A stretch of DNA of 26,782 nucleotides. Origin: Gemmatimonadota bacterium. Its GTDB lineage: Bacteria > Gemmatimonadota > Gemmatimonadetes > Palauibacterales > Palauibacteraceae. The translations under genes were made by a program, and so were the position numbers. Position 1 is the first letter of the stretch; every line of letters starts with the position of its first letter. The stretch spans positions 1-26,782 of the forward strand of contig JBHIAV010000040.1 in the NCBI GenBank assembly GCA_046758745.1, read 5' to 3'. This document shows positions 22,192 through 26,782 of the stretch, in pieces. A model generated the notes under the pieces. That model was not told where the DNA came from, made no database searches, and worked only from the letters and a program-made list of their open reading frames with translations.

Positions 22192-24120
22192 ATGGGCAAG
22201 GTCATCGGAATCGATCTCGGCACGACCAACTCGGTGGTCGCGGTCATGGAGGGCGGAGACCCGGTGGTCATCGCGAACGCGGAGGGCGCCCGCACCACGC
22301 CGTCCGTGGTGGCGTACACCAAGGACGGCGAACGCCTGGTCGGCCAGGTCGCCAAGCGGCAGGCGGTCACCAACCCCCTCAACACGATCTTCTCCATCAA
22401 GCGCTTCATGGGCCGCAAGTCGGCCGAGGTGGACAGCGAGAGGAAGCTCGTGCCCTACAAGGTCGAGGCCGACTCGCAGCAGCGTGTCACCGTGAACGTC
22501 CCCAACGCTGGCAAGACCTTCACGCCCCCCGAGATCTCGGCGATGATCCTCCAGAAGATGAAGCAGACGGCGGAGGACTATCTCGGCCAGGAGGTCACCC
22601 AGGCGGTCATCACGGTCCCCGCCTACTTCAACGATGCCCAGCGGCAGGCCACGAAGGACGCGGGAAGGATCGCCGGCCTCGAGGTCCTTCGGATCATCAA
22701 CGAGCCGACGGCCGCCTCGCTGGCCTACGGGCTGGACAAGAAACAGGATGAGAAGATCGCCGTCTTCGACCTGGGGGGCGGCACGTACGACATCTCGATC
22801 CTCGAGCTCGGCGATGGCGTCTTCGAGGTGAAGGCCACCAACGGCGACACGCACCTCGGCGGCGACGACCTCGACCAGCGGATCATCGACTGGCTGGTCG
22901 CGGAGTTCAAGAAGGACCAGGGCATCGATCTCTCGAAGGACCCGATGGCGCTGCAGCGTCTCAAGGAGGCAGCCGAGAAGGCGAAGTGCGAGCTGTCGAG
23001 CACCATGCAGACGGACATCAACCTGCCCTTCATCACGGCGGACCAGTCCGGCCCGAAGCATCTGAACATCACCCTTACCCGAGCGAAGTTCGAGCAGCTG
23101 GTGGACGACCTGATCGAGCGGACGAAAGCACCGATGCAGCAGGCGCTCGAGGACGCGGGGGTCGAGGCATCCGCTATCGATGAGGTGATCCTCGTCGGCG
23201 GATCCACCCGCATCCCCAAGATCCAGGAGACGGTGCGTGCGTTCTTCGGGAAGGAGCCCCACAAGGGGGTCAATCCGGACGAGGTGGTGGGGATCGGTGC
23301 GGCGATCCAGGGCGGCGTCCTGGCGGGGGATGTGAAGGACGTCCTCCTGCTCGACGTGACCCCGCTCTCCCTGGGCATCGAGACGCTGGGCGGGGTGATG
23401 ACGAGGCTGATCGAGCGAAACACCACCATCCCGACGAAGAAGAGCGAGATCTTCTCGACGGCCGAAGACAATCAGAGCACCGTGGACATCCACGTGCTCC
23501 AGGGCGAGCGACCGATGGCGGCCGACAACAAGACCATCGGCCGCTTCCAGCTCACCGGAATCCCGCCGGCGCCGCGCGGAGTGCCGCAGATCGAGGTGAC
23601 GTTCGACATCGACGCCAACGGGATCCTGCACGTCAGCGCGAAGGACCGAGCTACCGGCAAGGAGCAGAAGATCCGCATCGAGGCCTCCTCCGGACTCTCC
23701 GAGGCCGAGATCGAGCGGATGGTCAAGGAGGCGGAGGAGCACGCGAGCGAGGACAAGGACCGTCGCGAGGCCGTCGAGGCGCGGAACCGGCTCGACTCGC
23801 TAATCTATCAGACGGAAAAGAACCTGGAGGACTGGAAGGAATCGATCGACGAGGCGTCCAAGAGCCAGGTGGAAACGGCGCTCGAGCGTGGTCGGAAGGC
23901 CCTGAAGGAGGGCCAAATCGGCGAAATCCGTGCCGCGACCGACGCCATCAACCAGGCCGTGCAGGCCGCCGCTCAGCAAATCTACGCGAAGGCGGGAGCG
24001 GCCCAGGCGGGGGGGGAGGAAGCTGCTTCGGGTGGCCCCGAAGAAGCCGCCCCCGGGACGGCAGCGGAAGAGGAGGAGGTCGTCGAGGCCGACTACGAGA
24101 TCGTGGAAGACAAAGAGTAG
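22192..24120 (+). CDS. dnaK: Chaperone DnaK (Hsp70)
   Basis: [40 protein letters not shown]-terminal VVEADYEIV. The true start is ATG 22192 within the longer track ORF. Confidence 0.99.
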   Translation: MGKVIGIDLGTTNSVVAVMEGGDPVVIANAEGARTTPSVVAYTKDGERLVGQVAKRQAVTNPLNTIFSIKRFMGRKSAEVDSERKLVPYKVEADSQQRVTVNVPNAGKTFTPPEISAMILQKMKQTAEDYLGQEVTQAVITVPAYFNDAQRQATKDAGRIAGLEVLRIINEPTAASLAYGLDKKQDEKIAVFDLGGGTYDISILELGDGVFEVKATNGDTHLGGDDLDQRIIDWLVAEFKKDQGIDLSKDPMALQRLKEAAEKAKCELSSTMQTDINLPFITADQSGPKHLNITLTRAKFEQLVDDLIERTKAPMQQALEDAGVEASAIDEVILVGGSTRIPKIQETVRAFFGKEPHKGVNPDEVVGIGAAIQGGVLAGDVKDVLLLDVTPLSLGIETLGGVMTRLIERNTTIPTKKSEIFSTAEDNQSTVDIHVLQGERPMAADNKTIGRFQLTGIPPAPRGVPQIEVTFDIDANGILHVSAKDRATGKEQKIRIEASSGLSEAEIERMVKEAEEHASEDKDRREAVEARNRLDSLIYQTEKNLEDWKESIDEASKSQVETALERGRKALKEGQIGEIRAATDAINQAVQAAAQQIYAKAGAAQAGGEEAASGGPEEAAPGTAAEEEEVVEADYEIVEDKE

Positions 24121-24509
24121 GCGGCCGGAGATGCGCGTGGGCGGACCGGGAAGCGAGTAGGCGCCGTGCGAGCCGGTAGGGCCCGGGAGAGCGAATAGCG
24201 GCGGGGTGCGCCGGCGGGCCGTTCCCCGCCGGTAATGTCCGTGGCGGGCGGCGTTCGGGCGACCGGGCGCCGCCTCGTCGTTCGCGTGGCCGTGCCGCGC
24301 CCGCTCCCGGGCAACTGCTCCACCTTGACGAGCGTCGAAACAGCGGCCGGGCCGGAACCGCACAGGGGCGTCGGAGTTATCACACCCGGGTGCCGGCGTG
24401 GGCCGGCGGCCCGCCGGCCCGCGCTCGCCTCGAAACGCGGCACCGAGCCCGCTTTCGCACAAACGGCATGAACTGAAGGAACAACTGCACGGCAAGAAAG
24501 AGACGGGAG

Positions 24510-26105
24510 ATGAACGACGCTCTGCGCACCAAGCTGAACCTGATTGTGGTCGCGTTGCTCGCCTTCGCGATCGGCCTCGGAGTGGCCGCGCGGTTCGACC
24601 TGACGCCGCGCTCATTCGCGCGCGGCCCGGGCGAGCCTCTGCAGCTGCGGCTGGGCGCCCCGGCCGACCTCCAGAACGCGACCGTGAGCAACTCGGGCTT
24701 CGCGGACATCGCGGAGCGGATCGCCCCGGCCGTCGTCACGATCACGACGGAGAGGGAGTCACCTTTCGCGGCGCGACCGCTACCGCCCCCTCTCGACCGC
24801 TTCTTCCCGCAGCCGGAACCGCAGGACACGCCGACCCAGCACGTCTCCGGCTCGGGATTCATCATCACGGAGGACGGCTACGTCGTCACCAACAACCACG
24901 TGGTGGAGGACGCGATCCGCATCGATGTGCAGCTCGCCGACGGTCGCCTCTTCGAGGACGTCGAGCTCATCGGTCGGGACGCCACGACCGACGTGGCTCT
25001 CCTCAACCTGGACTCGAGCGGGCTACCGGTGGCTCCCCTCGGATCCAGCGACAGCACCCGGGTCGGGGAATGGGTGCTGGCGATCGGCAGCCCGGGCTTC
25101 TCGGGCATCCGGGTACCCCGGCTCACCTCCACTGTGACGGCGGGCATCGTGAGCTACAAGGGGCGGAACCTGGGGATCATCGGGCAGAGCCTGCGGGGGC
25201 CGAACGGGATCAGTCCGGCGATCGAGGATTTCATCCAGACCGACGCGGCCATCAACCCCGGGAACTCCGGAGGCCCGCTGGTGAGCGCGCGCGGCGCGGT
25301 GATCGGGATGAACACGGCGATCGCCTCGACGAGCGGATACTACCAGGGTTACGGCTTCGCGGTCCCGATCGAGCTCGTCCGGGAGGTGGTCGAGGACCTG
25401 GTGGAATACGGGCGGGTGCGCCGCGCCATGCTGGGCGTCCTGATCGACGACGTCTCCGCGGAAGAGGCCGAGTATTACCAACTGGACGAGGTGGCCGGCG
25501 TCCTCGTCTCCGACTTCAGCCCGCTCACGGAAGGGACGAATCCCGCGAAGGAAGCCGGGATCGAACCGGGCGACGTGATCGTGAGCGTCGAGGGAGAGCC
25601 GGTACGCTCGGTGGGAGATCTCCAGCGGAAGATCCGGGCCCGCGAGCCGGGCGAGACGATCGCTGTCGAGCTGGTCCGCCGGGCGGATCGACGGCGCGAG
25701 TCCGTCCAGGTGACGCTCGGCGAGATGGAGGGGGACGAGACGGGCCGGACGCGCACGGCGGCGCGGAACGACCGAAGCGACATGCTGGGGCTCGAGGTCT
25801 CGGAGCTCGATGCACGGACGCGGCGGGAGCTGGGCATCCCGGCGGAGGTCGAGGGAGTCCTCGTGCGCTCGGTGCACTCCCGGGGCGCGGCCTCGCGGGC
25901 CGGGATCTTCCCGCCGAGCCGCACACGCGACGGAACGCTCGCCGCCATCATCATCGTCGACATCGACAACCGGCCGATCCGCTCCGTGGAGGATTACCGC
26001 CGCGCGGTCTCCGAGCTCGAGCCGGGCCAGGTGGCGAGCTTCCTCCTCTACCAGGTCCCGAGCGGCCTCCAGCGGCCGGTGACGGTCCGGGTGCCGCGAG
26101 AATAG
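24510..26105 (+). CDS. degP: DegP/HtrA (Do-family) serine protease with two PDZ domains
   Basis: N-terminal TM/signal segment; triad TNNHVV, DVALL, GNSGGPL; IQTDAAINPG; PDZ-like C-terminus. Confidence 0.93.
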   Translation: MNDALRTKLNLIVVALLAFAIGLGVAARFDLTPRSFARGPGEPLQLRLGAPADLQNATVSNSGFADIAERIAPAVVTITTERESPFAARPLPPPLDRFFPQPEPQDTPTQHVSGSGFIITEDGYVVTNNHVVEDAIRIDVQLADGRLFEDVELIGRDATTDVALLNLDSSGLPVAPLGSSDSTRVGEWVLAIGSPGFSGIRVPRLTSTVTAGIVSYKGRNLGIIGQSLRGPNGISPAIEDFIQTDAAINPGNSGGPLVSARGAVIGMNTAIASTSGYYQGYGFAVPIELVREVVEDLVEYGRVRRAMLGVLIDDVSAEEAEYYQLDEVAGVLVSDFSPLTEGTNPAKEAGIEPGDVIVSVEGEPVRSVGDLQRKIRAREPGETIAVELVRRADRRRESVQVTLGEMEGDETGRTRTAARNDRSDMLGLEVSELDARTRRELGIPAEVEGVLVRSVHSRGAASRAGIFPPSRTRDGTLAAIIIVDIDNRPIRSVEDYRRAVSELEPGQVASFLLYQVPSGLQRPVTVRVPRE

Positions 26106-26111
26106 GAGCGG

Positions 26112-26133
26112 CGGAGACGCGATCGCGTCTCCG
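26112..26133. terminator. Perfect 22-bp palindrome just after the degP stop; possible hairpin or terminator without a U-tract
   Basis: CGGAGACGCGATCGCGTCTCCG is its own reverse complement. Confidence 0.4.
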
Positions 26134-26409
26134 TCCCGGGCTGCCCGCCACCCGGCAACCGCCAGAGAGGTCCCACACACAGAGGGGCACCGGGCCGATC
26201 GCCGTTGGCCCCGGTCCGTCCATCCCCTCACAGCCCGGTCAGGGCCGAACTCGGCCACCGCGCCATGCCCATCTCGAACGGGAGCGTTCTTGAGGATGCC
26301 ACGCCACAGCGGTGCCGGCGGGGTGCGTACAAACGCCCCATCGATGGATTGATCTAAGTGCGTCTCGCAAAAGGTGTTGGAGCTGCACATCGGCACCCGC
26401 TACGGGCCG

Positions 26410-26425
26410 TGGCACGTCTCTGGCT
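26410..26425 (+). promoter_or_regulatory. Candidate sigma54 promoter of the Flp pilin gene
   Basis: TGGCAC-GTCTC-TGGCT with GG-N10-GC spacing, about 54 nt upstream of the ATG. Confidence 0.55.
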
Positions 26426-26478
26426 GACAAGCGGAGGCTGAGTATTCACCACATTCGGCCCCTGCTCGGGAGGAATTC

Positions 26479-26649
26479 ATGCTGGCACACCTCGAGAACC
26501 TTTGGAAGGACGAGTCCGGTCAGGACCTCGCGGAATACGCGATCCTGCTGGCCCTCATCGCTATCGTCGTGATCGCCGCCGTGCGTCTGCTCGGCCCGAC
26601 GATCCGCAACGTGTTCCAGGACATCAACGACAACCTGTCGACGCCGTAG
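26479..26649 (+). CDS. flp: Flp/Fap (type IVb/Tad) pilin, 56 aa, absent from the ORF track
   Basis: MLAHLENLWKDESG|QDLAEYAILLALIAIVVIAAVRLLGPTIRNVFQDINDNLSTP has the G/xxxxEY Flp motif. RBS GGGAGGA. Confidence 0.93.
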   Translation: MLAHLENLWKDESGQDLAEYAILLALIAIVVIAAVRLLGPTIRNVFQDINDNLSTP

Positions 26650-26688
26650 GACAACCTGTCGACGCCATAGGACAACCTGTCGACGCCG
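26629..26688 (+). repeat. 21-bp tandem repeat, ~2.9 copies, of the pilin 3' end
   Basis: GACAACCTGTCGACGCCGTAG / GACAACCTGTCGACGCCATAG / GACAACCTGTCGACGCCG. Confidence 0.95.
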
Positions 26689-26727
26689 CACACGCGGGAC
26701 GCGGCCCCGGGCCCTCGCTGCAATCGC

Positions 26728-26782
26728 GGCGGCGGCGACGTGAAGCTGCTGGTGGCCGTTGGCGCCTTTCTCGGACCCGGCC
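26728..26782 (+). pseudogene. Fragment of a CpaA/TadV-like A24 prepilin peptidase lacking its N-terminal half (runs off the window)
   Basis: Translates GGGDVKLLVAVGAFLGPG, the second-Asp motif of A24 peptidases. An in-frame TAG lies about 19 codons upstream, at 26668-26670. Confidence 0.6.

Noticed and set aside
26300-26470. c-di-GMP riboswitch upstream of the pilin
   Set aside because: Only a generic hairpin is present; the conserved GEMM features were not recognisable by eye.
26629-26688. CRISPR array
   Set aside because: The repeats are directly adjacent with no spacers, and no cas genes are present.

Overview
This is a high-GC bacterial chromosomal window. My tentative impression is Gemmatimonadota-like, which I cannot confirm without a search. 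The left end holds a minus-strand 23S rRNA gene (5' end ~2906, running off the window at base 1). It is interrupted after E. coli-equivalent U1917 by a 772-nt group I intron (55..826) encoding a single-motif LAGLIDADG homing endonuclease whose ORF overlaps the ribozyme core. This 23S has no upstream 16S or tRNA and has its own sigma70-like promoter with boxB/boxA. Upstream lies a complete F1Fo operon (two atpI/Z-like genes, then atpBEFHAGDC) plus a beta-barrel-like gene, and the operon promoter carries a near-perfect Rex operator. Next come moxR, a CNNM/CorC gene and thiO; pilD and a trmH-family gene; an M48 protease and thiD; rhomboid-nupC-PNP; dnaK with a candidate sigma54 promoter; and degP/htrA. 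The right edge has a 56-aa Flp pilin missed by the ORF track, whose 3' end is triplicated and runs in frame into a headless CpaA-like peptidase fragment.
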